This document shows, in pieces, positions 38,001 through 46,652 of a stretch of 64,000 nucleotides of DNA (within the stretch, counting starts at the first letter, position 1; the number at the start of each line of letters is the position of its first letter). The translations under genes and the position numbers were made by a program. Source of the stretch: an uncultured virus (IMG/VR IMGVR_UViG_3300046537_000053). Its lineage: Duplodnaviria; Heunggongvirae; Uroviricota; Caudoviricetes; Schitoviridae. The notes under the pieces were generated by a model. The model was not told where the DNA came from and searched no databases. It worked only from the letters and a program-made list of their open reading frames with translations. Where the stretch lies: IMG/VR virus record IMGVR_UViG_3300046537_000053; one strand, given 5' to 3'.

Positions 38001-39726
38001 TCTCGACCATGTCCCCGGCATGATCCTTGGTGAACTGGGCCAGCCACAGGCTGGCTTCGGCCCGGTCTTCCGGGGCCAAATTCTTGTCCTGGACGGCGGC
38101 CGTCATCTTCTGCAGGGCGTCAAACCGGTCGGTGGAACCAGACAGGATTGAAGCAACTGCGGGCCCATCCTTGTGGGCTTCAGCTTCCTTGGCTCCGTCG
38201 AACGACACCGCACTGATCAGGTCGTCGATCGCCTTTTCGCCCGCGGTGAACTGCTCTTCCGAACCGGCCTTTTCCTGGAGACGCTCCCGCAGGCCATCGA
38301 GCACACCCGGCTCGGCCACTGCCTGAGCTGCAGCCTCGGCGGTGGTGCGGGTCTCGGCATTGTGAACCGACAGCGGCGACTGGGCATCAATCCCGGCCTC
38401 AACTGCAGCTGCACGGTTGGAGGCGAAGTCCTTGCCAGCGTCGACAATCTTGCCAACTCCAGCAGCAACAGCCTTGCCGGCCGTGATCGGAGCACCTGGG
38501 ATCTGCACCGCTCCCGCGGTACCCATACCATAGAGAGCACCCTCGGCCGCCTGGTCACCGACATCAGTCGTCAGCGAGCGATCCTGATCGGCATTGGCCT
38601 GGATCCCGACGTTGGTCGCGATCTGACCGCCACCCGACTGGAGGCCTTCCTCCACGGTTTCCCGGAGGACGTTGCCGGCCGCAGTCTTAAGACCGGGCAC
38701 ATGGAACGGATCGGCTTCAAACTTGGACACCAGCTTACCGGTGATGACACCGACCGGGGCCTGGATGGCAGCGGCCGTCAGACCGGCATGGTTGGCGATT
38801 TCAGCCTTGGCATCACTCTCACTCCAGCCCTGTTCGATCAGCGACTGATAATCTGGCGATCCCTTGAGCAACTGGTCGTGGGACATGCCCATGACTTCGT
38901 TGACGGTCTGGGTATAGGCGCCGCCACCCTCGAGGGCACCAATCGCCAGCGGCATTGCTCCACCCCGGGTGGCAGCATTGATTGCGAACGCAGCCTTCGA
39001 AGGACCGGCAGCTCCCACCGCGAGACGGGCTGCAGCCAGGCCACCGACTGCCTTGATACCCTTGCCGATGACACCGCCGAGGAGCATCGAACCGACGCCC
39101 TGAGCCGTACCCGACTCGAGGTTGACGGCGTCCATATTGTTGACACCGTCGATGAAGTCCCGGCCAACCTGGCGAAGACCGGCTACAAACGAGCTCGAGC
39201 CGTTGGCGATCTCTTCGTCGCGGAGCCGAGCATTCTCCTCACTGGAGACGCTGACCCGCTCACCATGGGCCCGTCGACGGGCGTTGAGCGCGTTGGACTG
39301 CAGACCTGAACCAAAGTCATTAACGTCCTGGGCCCAGCCGCTTACGGCCGTGCCAGCATCACGATCAACCAGACCAGCTCCAACAGCGCCAATGCCAAGA
39401 GCACCTTGAAAGACACCGTTGACGACGTCGACTGCACTGTCGCCGATTGCCCGTCCGTTGGATCGGGTCGCAGAGGTGTCTTCGACATATTGACCGTAAC
39501 CACCTACTTCTTGAGCCAAGGCATCACGGTCGCCAGCGTTCGGGTTGAGAATATCCTGAGCTGTCAGCTTGGAGGTCAACGCGATATCGGGATCGTCCCG
39601 GGCAGCGTCACGGTACCCACCGTTGAAATTTGCCTGCTTGGTTGCCGCCGCTTCAGCGACATCGATCTGCTTCGACTGTGCGGCTGTGCCAAGATATTCA
39701 CCAAACAGGCGAGACACGTCAGACAT
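29053..39726 (-). CDS. Virion-encapsidated RNA polymerase (N4 gp50-like vRNAP)
   Basis: About 3,560 aa; T7-like motifs SAVGR, EADGVTDG, RGVTKNPVTITVYGSG, VFDG; no Cys seen on reading; ATG 39726 follows GTGGGGA. Confidence 0.97.
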   Translation of the reverse strand: MSDVSRLFGEYLGTAAQSKQIDVAEAAATKQANFNGGYRDAARDDPDIALTSKLTAQDILNPNAGDRDALAQEVGGYGQYVEDTSATRSNGRAIGDSAVDVVNGVFQGALGIGAVGAGLVDRDAGTAVSGWAQDVNDFGSGLQSNALNARRRAHGERVSVSSEENARLRDEEIANGSSSFVAGLRQVGRDFIDGVNNMDAVNLESGTAQGVGSMLLGGVIGKGIKAVGGLAAARLAVGAAGPSKAAFAINAATRGGAMPLAIGALEGGGAYTQTVNEVMGMSHDQLLKGSPDYQSLIEQGWSESDAKAEIANHAGLTAAAIQAPVGVITGKLVSKFEADPFHVPGLKTAAGNVLRETVEEGLQSGGGQIATNVGIQANADQDRSLTTDVGDQAAEGALYGMGTAGAVQIPGAPITAGKAVAAGVGKIVDAGKDFASNRAAAVEAGIDAQSPLSVHNAETRTTAEAAAQAVAEPGVLDGLRERLQEKAGSEEQFTAGEKAIDDLISAVSFDGAKEAEAHKDGPAVASILSGSTDRFDALQKMTAAVQDKNLAPEDRAEASLWLAQFTKDHAGDMVEKLGDAFEPLDQNDPAVEQLNKLAEIVQNFSASPEVHKAIETGNKIASAITAARVKNDARWASIAAKSAIQNPGSVKADVVDTVLEMASKGDLPLTPAERQSLEAIAGLNRIQAADVAKSNELKLTQSHAIAYDIRHGDNGEGEFESLSSHQQKISSSIRQGDLPKAAKQLADLMKFAQSQNNKIAAINENLAGGEGSETNTTPYKALAQQTRKFFEQKQGMWVNPMAPKSVRFAQRVFEDARATVDFANHLAELHPELGIKPVTLTQLDESLQDRAEQVKFNYKQARNAAREEAARQQKEQPLAQESSEPAPEPDAKPQSRGERLKEVKDRLEKSAAKGELKTMVLYPDATDTLDKGRHEFAYRTKEGKVVFGQYILNGDKIEGFTIGERSNKVSIGPAAVLKLAQLLMAKHPNVTSFEVYRHSGSNVNEGDGAKSYTLIRQGNRLVRETESGHEATSGASGDTVAEDTVDAVEKTNEPNSSKVEEKSGVVENKAEKPDSSEVRAVENVEDNSTEPAVDDSAGPVEPFADLLEIGGTNAFKESFKIPTQPISRLLGLGREMFQTLLGALKSSTALKAFVGEDNRFFQKPIGEQVLKDYSSYLGLARPIATAMTNQLGQFLVKNGDAIAAGKAANKWVNGKALNLVSTEDGKVTGYDMELLQGGILAALHWLLIANSAARNQDAEDIAKRLGVDIAEVPAEAPAYFNYGYPNVNSKRQLASLIRRFWGVQEKTGAFIGNSEGITEAFAGELLNALVSVGLLEQDKPITIGEITVQRLLPVKDTDAGKLATRLKETKSDLIDKLVTIEPEETLFVGTAPTSVAKYQMGSSLVKTTKQQRDLIERYQKVPFRANMRMVELYEGLTEDQFAELFGAPAFEEGAVNINHAKSLDGKIITARSAYATFKELLGHIRQTATEQGLSPDQVEVFYDYGVSAVGRLHMLGRNNPQASKILREIILPTHSTIDLADPEHRKMFFAAVGQHLGIKIHQTGLANIEQLVTDKMAQLDGVLDIVEKKKFTAEDLQLLKDKLGKDLTPGALHALQDYVRFTQHDDNSGFDTALYLEADGVTDGPINAMVHMGVGQHGEFTPGWIQTVAKGGLMIGEDRGTFADQFAADPVDLYTAVKNELTTLLDGMVANLAGDPEMSLINQALRNVMAEMMKDMRFEGTDLIIDRGVTKNPVTITVYGSGAKGIAGKIVNEIFEEIYARMSDPEQHGSVASIGQEISGLTNHKVVWSTKKSKFFAIREPAEQPRDKSFKNYTFTRSQEKNLRSAVEHLFVGPMVQAMNKVIGETRPSVEALRDAIQIQSIFLQHAFQDDLSASMDERNVRGDLLTRAEIRTAFDRLKHMAPFVHTGTQSFFISGSDKVDLRDARGKAKGGRQPEFGRDFAENFRSSAQVEGPVNAGVKGIPTIVIGTGDGQMIQNYGTDPNSPDGLPVFDGYNLSIADAAKGSALMNKAVFNGWSANPLTAVAQAFSEFAANADFSNMSEELINDLGRVLFEDGAGDADGIIEAIKFRAQQLEDLAQVMQARKNVLANTQLSVDHMASAEAPHVNEGSIKISDRDPAAIAATLNAELDKELAKLRSEKQAVPSETIAKELSTLGELDETFGTRTANMAEVRSLSRQLNIPLEHKKLLNIALKQLVDGGYQLTVGTLEQINAKRVAAGLTPLGNNGKVSHGFTLTAERHVYLINPSSETLVHELLHAASFDQVYAYYNDPGSLSEVQKEAVARIESLMSTWIGHALEAGERAMSPLRLQIAYQDALRAIQGHLASGNKAAALNEFMAWNLANRDLIAEGQKISIVGTLAEIAKSVLEAIKKLVFGRAIPSTVGNDLFSNLRFNTEVLINSAPTLEQKIQSSEATLEHSTLGRTERLRELRAQYGQKIGALVTAAASPIEAARQKANITRDLANALDVTEIMRSEFPMDQLASSTFRNIVLAMMTDAKLNPNSMVRMQKHYTDVMKVLTEDHLMADPDNANDAERYAAHQQMKALRGLFGTRLDNAGRSSLLPAFIGLAMVDDHFRSVLAKLPVSKEAKSLDGTWDATLENFGIESMDRLGKIFSGEHQHEASVQAAIDSLQDKLVEDSVNNANYVDQFVTKVGETSDTFNDTFVNSVQNVSKALYEKLDGVEQASRNRLLSLLAKLGKTTMAIVNEEKSEIVANGVTSALNQREIWTPLRELWTEIAGRTESNKMVYDMIKAVRTFVQQTRQQFREYLPKQIAKQFSRALEEHEWTAMFKGLAKTDLASLVQGAMTVPQLLDLLSRPANTQRQINQLERQLQTIDPANFAKWQRKAEQLADHMTTGHPGVNLLRNAKAVAELHGVLSVAQRNAFQLPNQATIDMIDQLVSLYAVQRMDPAVAETLKDLISTERDGMIHVMSRLVGQRKDEMAKVASSELAEMNHFKGHVPTEQAAGTSLIVADDRQFTDLKKRGYIRVGAYQGSNAERRARAKSYYFAPVSGRAMFMQGIMQNVRTTAYGVDPRTGLSNGVATAGVVEDSVVDTRLLRMQGGEPLLPVRNGAGEVIAYERSMDPLVVEKLNYNTQMHEVIGIWHGRQVEERMAGDFNDMLIERLGDQWRRDKRSQRSEYINLFSREAQQDKVIADAVGLLTPDARELIEAEFGQNQFWVRRDQVNDALGYRSPSVSDLWTGISRWSPEVQKTAQDVAMAVFGQDAFKRLVKAEQTFQTFVSDAKVTIVVKSVVVPIANMMSNVYHLASRGVPLKHILKGFPAKAAEVDQFIKNRARRMELEGELRVAEGTQDLQKQHDLKREIRSILDANRRLSIWPLINAGEFASISDAGISNEEIELTEGRLGAYIEKLTDKLPDGLKTAAKYGMVSRDTALFKGLQRAVEYGDFLAKAVLYDELTGRKGKTHDEAMGKVTEEFINYDRQPGRWRSGLENNGLLWFWNFKLRSAKIALSVLRNNPLHLFLAHLAPTPAFLGLDVGTPVTDNFVSVIAEGKEGWSIGLDQGFRAHLLNPWVNLFS

Positions 39727-39768
39727 TAATGAAATCCCCACTACCCGCTGTTATCTCTAGCACAGTAG

Positions 39769-39797
39769 AAAAGTGAGGCAACTGGAGATTGCCTCAC
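39769..39797 (-). terminator. Terminator-like hairpin upstream of vRNAP
   Basis: GTGAGGCAA/TTGCCTCAC stem followed by TTTT on the minus strand. Confidence 0.5.
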
Positions 39798-39806
39798 CTG
39801 TAACAA

Positions 39807-41984
39807 TTATCGATTGAGCAGAGATTTACCCGCCGCCGCTGCCAACATGGCATTGAACTCGGCCTGAGTTTTCTTCTTCGGTGCAGGAGCAACCGGCTTG
39901 GCACGCTTGACCCAGTCAGCATTGACGTTGGGATTGGTCTTCGATGCCGCGTTGGCCAGGATCAGGTTCGCACCTGTAGGCACGGCCGGACGCTGGGCAA
40001 CCGGCTTCGGTGGAGCCTCCTCACGGCGATCGGGGAAAGCGGCGTTGTTCTGCCGCACAGCCTCATCCACCGCGCCCTGAAACTTGGTTCCAGCTTGGCT
40101 GGTCACTGCTGCCCGCTTCTTGGCGAAATACTCATAGTCGACCTTTTGACCGGTCTCAGCGGCGTGCTGAACGGCCGCCTGCTCTTCGGCAGCGATCTGA
40201 GCCAGGATGGCCGCGGCCTGTCCTGCAGCATCACGCCCCTGCTGAGCCCGATCGAGATTGACTGCTCGCTTGCCCGACTGCTCGGGATTATTGAGCAGGC
40301 CGACTGCGGCATCGATGTAGCTGTCATTGAAATTGTCCGGCATCCCATCGCTGAGGCCGAAGAAATTCCCAACTTTATCGATACCCTGGGTGATGGCGCC
40401 CTGCTCACCATCGACCGCTCGCTCGAGGATCATGACCGCTGCCTTGGCGCTGATCTTCTTGCCGGTCTTCTCGAACGCCCGGTTTTTGACCTCGACGATC
40501 TTCTCGGTCAGGCGATTGACGTCGGCACCCTTGAACACGCCACCAGCGAGGTCGCCAGCCACAGCCTGGATCGCAATCGCCTTATTGGGCGTGGTGTCGG
40601 TCAGGGCGCCTGAAGCCCGGATCTCACGGATCGTGTCATTGGCCTGGGATCCGCCGACTGCAGTGTCGATGACGGTCTCGGCCATGATCTGAGCAGCACG
40701 CGGGTCAACCACCCCACCCGACTCTGCCATGGTGATCTTATCACGGATCGCCGCCCAGGTTGCACCCTTGGCGCTGGTGCCGACAGGTAGGCCTTCCCAG
40801 ACCTTGTGAAGGTCGGTGCCATTCTGCTTGGCTTCATTGAAGATCGACTCGCCCAACTTATCCTGAGCGGCAGCATCGAACTTCATGTTCCGCCAGCCGT
40901 CACCGAACAGCTTTTGAGCGTGAGCTGCCAGCGTGCCGGAAACGATCTGGTAGGCGCCGATGGCACTGGAGCCAACGACGTTACCATTGGCATCCTTGCC
41001 CACGCCGGCAGCCTTGGTCGCCGGGATCATCACATTGCGTTGAAAATCATAGACCTCGCCCATCGTCTTCTGGGTCGGATCGCCGAAATTGAAGCCGAAT
41101 TTGTTGCCGCCACCGGAACCCTGGCCATCGCCCAGCAGGACCGAATAGACGTTCTTGCCACCCGCACCAGTACCACCGGTTCCACCGCCAGCACCGCTGC
41201 CACCGGCCGGACCGCTGATGTCACCATTCAGCAGGCCCCGCATCCGGCTGGCAACCTGTTCGCCGAATTCCTCGGAGACTTTCTTGTAATTGGCGTCATT
41301 GTTCATGAACCGCTGACGGGCACCCTGGTCGGCGAACACCGAGAGCTGCGACTTCAGCTGCTCGAAGCCACGACCCTCATTGCGGTCGGTCTGGCCATCC
41401 TTGAAGTTGGTGCCGGTGATCAGCTGGTTGAGCTGGGTACCCTGACGCGACAGATCGCCCTGGGAGATCTCCTGCTCATTATTCAGGAATGCGTTGAACG
41501 CGGCTCCTGGAGCACCCTCAAGAATATCCTTGTGGGTGTTGTAGTATTCCTGGAATGCCTTGTCGCCCTGGCGACGGGCTACCAGTGCCCCATTAAAGAT
41601 CGGGGCGTTGGTCCGCATGTAATCGGAGTCCTGGATGCCCTTCTGGGTCTGGTCGAATGCGGTCTTGTCCTTGGCGAATGCCAGGATTTCGCTCGGCCGA
41701 CTCATCACCGTCTTGAGATCTTCCGGGTGGAGCTTACTCATGTCGAACTTGCCCTGGAAGGCACCGCTCTTCAGATCAGCCTGCAGCTGCCCAGCGTCAT
41801 CATATTTGGCCAACTCGGCCAGCAATGCCGCCGACTGGTTATCGTTCTGCCGCTTCTCGACGTCCTTGACGCCGGCGCGAGCGACATCGAACCCGTGATC
41901 GAGCGTTTCGGAAGCAGCCTTCAGGCCATACTGCACACCCTGGAAATCAGGAGTGGCAACGTCACGCCAAGTCAGTTGGGTCAT
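39807..41984 (-). CDS. Ejection/internal virion protein (N4 gp51-like) with lysozyme-like domain
   Basis: N-terminal LTWRDV; SSAIGAYQIV, QDKL, VWEGLP resemble lambda R-type transglycosylase motifs. Confidence 0.8.
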   Translation of the reverse strand: MTQLTWRDVATPDFQGVQYGLKAASETLDHGFDVARAGVKDVEKRQNDNQSAALLAELAKYDDAGQLQADLKSGAFQGKFDMSKLHPEDLKTVMSRPSEILAFAKDKTAFDQTQKGIQDSDYMRTNAPIFNGALVARRQGDKAFQEYYNTHKDILEGAPGAAFNAFLNNEQEISQGDLSRQGTQLNQLITGTNFKDGQTDRNEGRGFEQLKSQLSVFADQGARQRFMNNDANYKKVSEEFGEQVASRMRGLLNGDISGPAGGSGAGGGTGGTGAGGKNVYSVLLGDGQGSGGGNKFGFNFGDPTQKTMGEVYDFQRNVMIPATKAAGVGKDANGNVVGSSAIGAYQIVSGTLAAHAQKLFGDGWRNMKFDAAAQDKLGESIFNEAKQNGTDLHKVWEGLPVGTSAKGATWAAIRDKITMAESGGVVDPRAAQIMAETVIDTAVGGSQANDTIREIRASGALTDTTPNKAIAIQAVAGDLAGGVFKGADVNRLTEKIVEVKNRAFEKTGKKISAKAAVMILERAVDGEQGAITQGIDKVGNFFGLSDGMPDNFNDSYIDAAVGLLNNPEQSGKRAVNLDRAQQGRDAAGQAAAILAQIAAEEQAAVQHAAETGQKVDYEYFAKKRAAVTSQAGTKFQGAVDEAVRQNNAAFPDRREEAPPKPVAQRPAVPTGANLILANAASKTNPNVNADWVKRAKPVAPAPKKKTQAEFNAMLAAAAGKSLLNR

Positions 41985-41996
41985 GAATAGCTCCGA

Positions 41997-42713
41997 TTAA
42001 CCGGCAGGACGGTCGTCATCACGGGTCCGCTCAGCAGCGCCCCGTGAGGCAGGTGCGGCGGATGCGGCAAGGGCACTATAGCTTGAGAGCCCGCCACCAC
42101 CGGCTGGACGAGCTGCAGCAGCTGGCGCCGCGGCCGGATTGAGCAGCGAGGTCGCACCAGCCGGGGCAGCATAGCTACCCTTGCCACCGCTGATCGCATT
42201 GTAATTGTTGAGCGATGCCGTGATGGTGTCGTTGACCATCCCAGTGGTCTTGCCCTTCAGCGGATCGCCCTTGTAGAGCGAGTTGCTGCGGATATAGTCT
42301 GCCACCTGGTCAGGCGACTGGCCTTCCATCACGCCACGCGACCGGGCCCGATCCGCCAGAGCCGTATTGTACGTCTTCATCTGGTTGATCAGGTTCTGGT
42401 TGGCCATCTTCTTTTCGAATTTGAACTGCTTCTGGGCCATCTTCATTTGCTTGAAGCCCATCCACATGCTGGCCAGCGACTGGATCGCCGAGATACCAGC
42501 GCCAACCGCGCCCATGGCACCCATGCCTCCAGCAGCGCCGCCAAGTCCGCCACCGGCCGTGGCCATCGAGCCAACGCCACCAGCACTGGCAAAGGAGCCC
42601 GGATCAGCCATTGTGCCGGACATAATGCCCGGGGTGGAACCGAGGACATTATAGCCCCCCATCCCGAAATTAGTGGGACCGCTTTGCCCCAGGAAATCCC
42701 AACCCGACATCAA
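41997..42713 (-). CDS. Ejection protein (N4 gp52-like)
   Basis: Gly-rich hydrophobic N-terminus; KTYNTALADRARSRG motif. Confidence 0.8.
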   Translation of the reverse strand: MMSGWDFLGQSGPTNFGMGGYNVLGSTPGIMSGTMADPGSFASAGGVGSMATAGGGLGGAAGGMGAMGAVGAGISAIQSLASMWMGFKQMKMAQKQFKFEKKMANQNLINQMKTYNTALADRARSRGVMEGQSPDQVADYIRSNSLYKGDPLKGKTTGMVNDTITASLNNYNAISGGKGSYAAPAGATSLLNPAAAPAAAARPAGGGGLSSYSALAASAAPASRGAAERTRDDDRPAG

Positions 42714-42734
42714 TTCCTCCCCAGGAATTTCAAA

Positions 42735-45011
42735 CTAACTACCCATAGTGTTGAGGTTAAGCGTCATATCCGCAAAGTCTCTTACCATATTTAATGACAT
42801 CTCGGCGATGTCTCCGCCAGTCAACAATGTTCGATCCAGGAAGCATTGAGGGATCTCGCTCACTCCGCCAAAGTTGGTATTGGTCAGCATGTTCGGATCC
42901 CAGTGGAAGTCGCCCATTCCGAATTCCTTGACGAACATGTCCTGGATACGCTTCGAGTCCTTCTCGTACTGAGCCATCATCTCCTGGGTCTTGACCATCA
43001 TCTCCTGGGCGCTGCCTTGGATATAGCCGGCGATGCCGTTACCAACGGCCGCTGTCATGTGGATGATGTTGACGGCACTCATCATGTTGCCCCACATCGC
43101 CGACATCGACTGGCCATTCATCAGGCCCCCGCCGACTGCCATGGCAATCGCTCCGGCAACCGCGGCAATGATCGCTCCGATCTTGTCGCCGAACACTGCC
43201 GTGCCGACCTTCTGCAGGATCGCCATCAGGACCATTGCAGCGATCGCATTGGCAATGGCGCCAACGAGCACTGCCATCAGTCCGGCAAATCCCAGGGCCG
43301 CGCCAACCGCAGCACTGGAGCCAAGAATGCCGCCAGCTGCTATGCCGATCTCCGGACCGAGAAAAACCGTCAGGGCGATGATCACGACAAACACGATGAT
43401 CTTGAAGAAGGCAGTCTGGTACCACTTCTGCTTCACCACCTCGTAGCAGGTGAATACCGCATAGGTGCAGCAGGTCATCATCTGGGTCGAGTCAACCAGG
43501 CTCAGCGACCGGAACGTCTCGTAGTGGATTGGAACAAGGAACGCCGACTCTTCCTCGTCCTCGAGGGCGTCCTTGGCCTTGACGTCGGCCGACTCACCAT
43601 TTTTGATTATGTTCTTGTGCTTGAGACCCTTGATCTCGAGCGTCTCCCAGTGGTCAGCGAACTGCCAGGTCAGCTGGACCGTGGTCGACTTCCGATCGGA
43701 GGTCACTACATGGTTGATGAAGTTGATCTCGCTGTTGAGGTCGACCTCGCTCGACACGCCCCACCAGACGTCACCGGTCTTGGTTCCGGACGGCGAGCCG
43801 GACTTGATCCCCGAGCCAGTGGTCTTGGTGATGGAATTCCACTTCATCTGCATGTGGAAGTTGCCGTCCCAGGATCCGCTCGAGCGAATATCGATCGCGG
43901 TCAGGGGCTCGGCCGGCTCAGCCGGTGATGGTGTCGTGTTGGCCGGATCCCCGGTTCCACCACCTTCACCTCCGCCTCCACCGCCTTCGATCGGCGTGTC
44001 GAGGTAGAGGACGCGGCCATCCTTGTAGGTGGTGTTGTCTGACTGGTAACTGGCATAGTCACCGACATAGCTGTCCCAGTCGGTGTCATAGGACAGCGAG
44101 GCATCTTTGAGGAAGTCGAAGAACCGGAACAAATACCGGCGAGCCGAGCGGTCCGGATGGTTGAGCGCCACCCCGGGCATAACATACGCCCGGTCAATGT
44201 CGTCGAGATCCTCATTGTCCGCAACCATTTCGACCAGCTCGCTGAGCTTCTTGCCCCCGGTCAGCTTCTTGTAGGCCTTCTTGACGTAGGGGTAGAACTC
44301 CGGCTTCCAGTCATCGGAGATGAATTCATTGCCCATCCGGAAAGGGATGAAGGTCATGAACTCATCGACCAGCGGGTTGAAGATCGGCATGTCGTCCATG
44401 GCCGTGATGCCATCACCGACCTTGTAGATCCACATGTAGGAGCCCAGGAAGGACCCTCCGGCTCGCTCCTCATAGACGGTGTAATAGTAATAGGAACCGT
44501 TATCGATCGGCTGCGACGGGGTAAACACGGACGGGGAGCCCGGGTAATCCTCCCAATGGATCGTGATCTCGTCCGCCACATAGTCATAGGTCGAGACCCA
44601 GTTGAGCCCGACCCGCTCCTGGTAGTTCTCCATCACCCACTGCTCAGCAAAGTAGCTGGCTTCGCCGGGCCCGAAGTCGATCTTCTTGTACGACGCAGTG
44701 TGCCCGGAAGTCAGCGGGATGTTGCCCATAACCGTCGCCGGATTGTAGGACGGCGAGAAAATGTTGACGGTCGGGACGCCGATGATGTCATAGTTTCCGG
44801 TTCGCTTGGACCAGCGATGGAAACTCCTGGCCTTAATACCGGGACCAGTCAGATAATTATTGCTGAGACATTCAGCCATGGAGAATTTGGTGTTGGAGAG
44901 AACACCCCCCACCACCACCGTCTTCAGGTAATTCATGCGTTCGTTGACGTCGCCCGACATGTTGTAGACGACGGCGGACACATAGGTCTTTTTGCTCCCG
45001 AACAGGCCCAT
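42735..45011 (-). CDS. Structural protein (N4 gp53-like)
   Basis: MGLFGSKKTYVS start, KWYQTAFFK, C-terminal hydrophobic helices. Confidence 0.8.
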   Translation of the reverse strand: MGLFGSKKTYVSAVVYNMSGDVNERMNYLKTVVVGGVLSNTKFSMAECLSNNYLTGPGIKARSFHRWSKRTGNYDIIGVPTVNIFSPSYNPATVMGNIPLTSGHTASYKKIDFGPGEASYFAEQWVMENYQERVGLNWVSTYDYVADEITIHWEDYPGSPSVFTPSQPIDNGSYYYYTVYEERAGGSFLGSYMWIYKVGDGITAMDDMPIFNPLVDEFMTFIPFRMGNEFISDDWKPEFYPYVKKAYKKLTGGKKLSELVEMVADNEDLDDIDRAYVMPGVALNHPDRSARRYLFRFFDFLKDASLSYDTDWDSYVGDYASYQSDNTTYKDGRVLYLDTPIEGGGGGGEGGGTGDPANTTPSPAEPAEPLTAIDIRSSGSWDGNFHMQMKWNSITKTTGSGIKSGSPSGTKTGDVWWGVSSEVDLNSEINFINHVVTSDRKSTTVQLTWQFADHWETLEIKGLKHKNIIKNGESADVKAKDALEDEEESAFLVPIHYETFRSLSLVDSTQMMTCCTYAVFTCYEVVKQKWYQTAFFKIIVFVVIIALTVFLGPEIGIAAGGILGSSAAVGAALGFAGLMAVLVGAIANAIAAMVLMAILQKVGTAVFGDKIGAIIAAVAGAIAMAVGGGLMNGQSMSAMWGNMMSAVNIIHMTAAVGNGIAGYIQGSAQEMMVKTQEMMAQYEKDSKRIQDMFVKEFGMGDFHWDPNMLTNTNFGGVSEIPQCFLDRTLLTGGDIAEMSLNMVRDFADMTLNLNTMGS

Positions 45012-45020
45012 GCGAACCTC

Positions 45021-45881
45021 TTAGGTGTCGAGATTGAGATTGACCCGGAGGCGGTTGAGGATCGTGTTCAGTTCGGTGTTAGCGAACTGGGTCGGCGGCG
45101 ACAGGCCTTCATCGATCGTCTTCTGGGTGATCCAGGCATCGGTGAACAGCTTGATCGCCTTGGTCTCGGCGTCACGCTTGTAGGACGTGATCTGCTGATC
45201 ATAGAGCGCCTTCTGCTTGCCCATCAGGCCGGTCACCGGGGTGGTACCATTCATGCGGGTGTCCATCGTCTGGGCCCGCTGGCTCTCAGTCTGCTCGGTC
45301 AGGAGCAACAGCTGCTGCGGCAGGATGTTGTCGAGGCCGAATTTGCCGGTGCAATACTGGACTTCCTCGGTCGCCACCTTGATCTTGGTGAGCGCGTAAT
45401 TGGCTTCCTGGTTCGCCGCTTCGAGGCGGGCAGTGGCCAGGTTGGCCTTGGCAATCTCGAGCTTGACCCGGCTTTCAACCAGGCCGGCCTGAGCGATCTT
45501 CGCCTGATACTGAGCTGCGACCGCCTGCCAGTAGGCAGTGTCCTTGACCGTCAGATACTGAATGGCACCCTGCAGCGACTGAGCGGTGAGCTCGATGTAC
45601 GCCTTGGTGTACTGTTCGCCGGTGATCCGGCTCTTCTCGAATTCCGCCTTCAGGTGGTTCGAGATCGACGCCATAATGACATCGAAGGTACCAGCGCCGC
45701 CGACCATCTTGGTGGTCAGCAGTTCATTGGTCAACGCGGCGGGCGGGTCGATCGTGTCATCGGCCGGGAAATCAAATTCCGGTCCTGACAGGTCGACGTC
45801 CGGCAGGGTGAAATCCTTGCCGGCAATCAAAGCCGTTACGAGGTCATTGGCTTCAGTTTCCGCACCGCACAACGTCGTCAT
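45021..45881 (-). CDS. Structural protein (N4 gp54-like)
   Basis: GTFDVIM, RITGEQYTKAY, AWITQKTIDEG motifs; synteny. Confidence 0.8.
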   Translation of the reverse strand: MTTLCGAETEANDLVTALIAGKDFTLPDVDLSGPEFDFPADDTIDPPAALTNELLTTKMVGGAGTFDVIMASISNHLKAEFEKSRITGEQYTKAYIELTAQSLQGAIQYLTVKDTAYWQAVAAQYQAKIAQAGLVESRVKLEIAKANLATARLEAANQEANYALTKIKVATEEVQYCTGKFGLDNILPQQLLLLTEQTESQRAQTMDTRMNGTTPVTGLMGKQKALYDQQITSYKRDAETKAIKLFTDAWITQKTIDEGLSPPTQFANTELNTILNRLRVNLNLDT

Positions 45882-45894
45882 TGGTGTTCTCCGA

Positions 45895-46539
45895 TTAGCT
45901 CAGTTCACCGGTCACTGGCACCGAGCCGGCCGCGATCTGGGCAGTCGCCAGCTCCCGCAGTTCGTCTTGGGTCAGCGGCGGAAGGATCTCGAGCGAGAAT
46001 TCCTTCACCCAGCGGGACTCGACGATTTCCGTCTTGGTGTGCGGATCGCGACGGGTCGAGATGTGGTTGAATTTCCGAGCATTGAGCTCGTTGAACAGGA
46101 TCCGCGGAATGTGGTAGCCGTTCTCGGTCAGCTCCCCATAGGGGATGAACTTCCGGACGGTGCCCAGCACGCGGTTGGCCACGGCGAAGATCTCGCCCGG
46201 CAGGTCGCGCTTCTTGGGATCCAGGTTGGTGATGCGGCAGCGAACCAGGGCCATCTGTTCACGCCACAACCGCTGGTTGGGGGTCAGATGCTCCTCGCTG
46301 GCTCCAAGGGCGCCGACCTGGTCCGGGGTCGAACCTAGGTCCATGGCAGCATTGCTCTCGGTCACATTGACGGCATTCTCGCCGGCAACCTTGGCAGCGA
46401 TCTTATCACGGAGGGCGTCGAGCCCGATGTTGTTGGAATAGGCGATGCCCATAAGGTCGGCACGGCTCTTGAGCAGCTTCAGCTGAGCGGCTTTTTCTTC
46501 GGCACTGAGTTCGGTGGCCGGAGTGGTCTGATCGGTCAT
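45895..46539 (-). CDS. N4 gp55-like protein
   Basis: LKSRADLMGIAYSNNIG, LPGEIF, LPPLTQDEL motifs; directly downstream of capsid gene. Confidence 0.8.
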   Translation of the reverse strand: MTDQTTPATELSAEEKAAQLKLLKSRADLMGIAYSNNIGLDALRDKIAAKVAGENAVNVTESNAAMDLGSTPDQVGALGASEEHLTPNQRLWREQMALVRCRITNLDPKKRDLPGEIFAVANRVLGTVRKFIPYGELTENGYHIPRILFNELNARKFNHISTRRDPHTKTEIVESRWVKEFSLEILPPLTQDELRELATAQIAAGSVPVTGELS

Positions 46540-46607
46540 TTGCAAATTCCCATCTGGTTTCCGCCACCTCACCATGAGCTGGCTGGTAAACTGTTGGACT
46601 TAACTTG

Positions 46608-46642
46608 AAGAAAATTTGGGGGGAGACCGAAGCCTCCCCCCG
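46608..46642 (-). terminator. Intrinsic terminator after capsid gene
   Basis: GGGGGGAG/CTCCCCCC stem followed by AAATTTTCTT on the minus strand. Confidence 0.65.
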
Positions 46643-46652
46643 TAGTCTGGCC

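Noticed and set aside
30283..39309. Many 200-450-aa + strand ORFs opposite vRNAP
   Set aside because: Antisense shadows with no RBS or recognisable domains.
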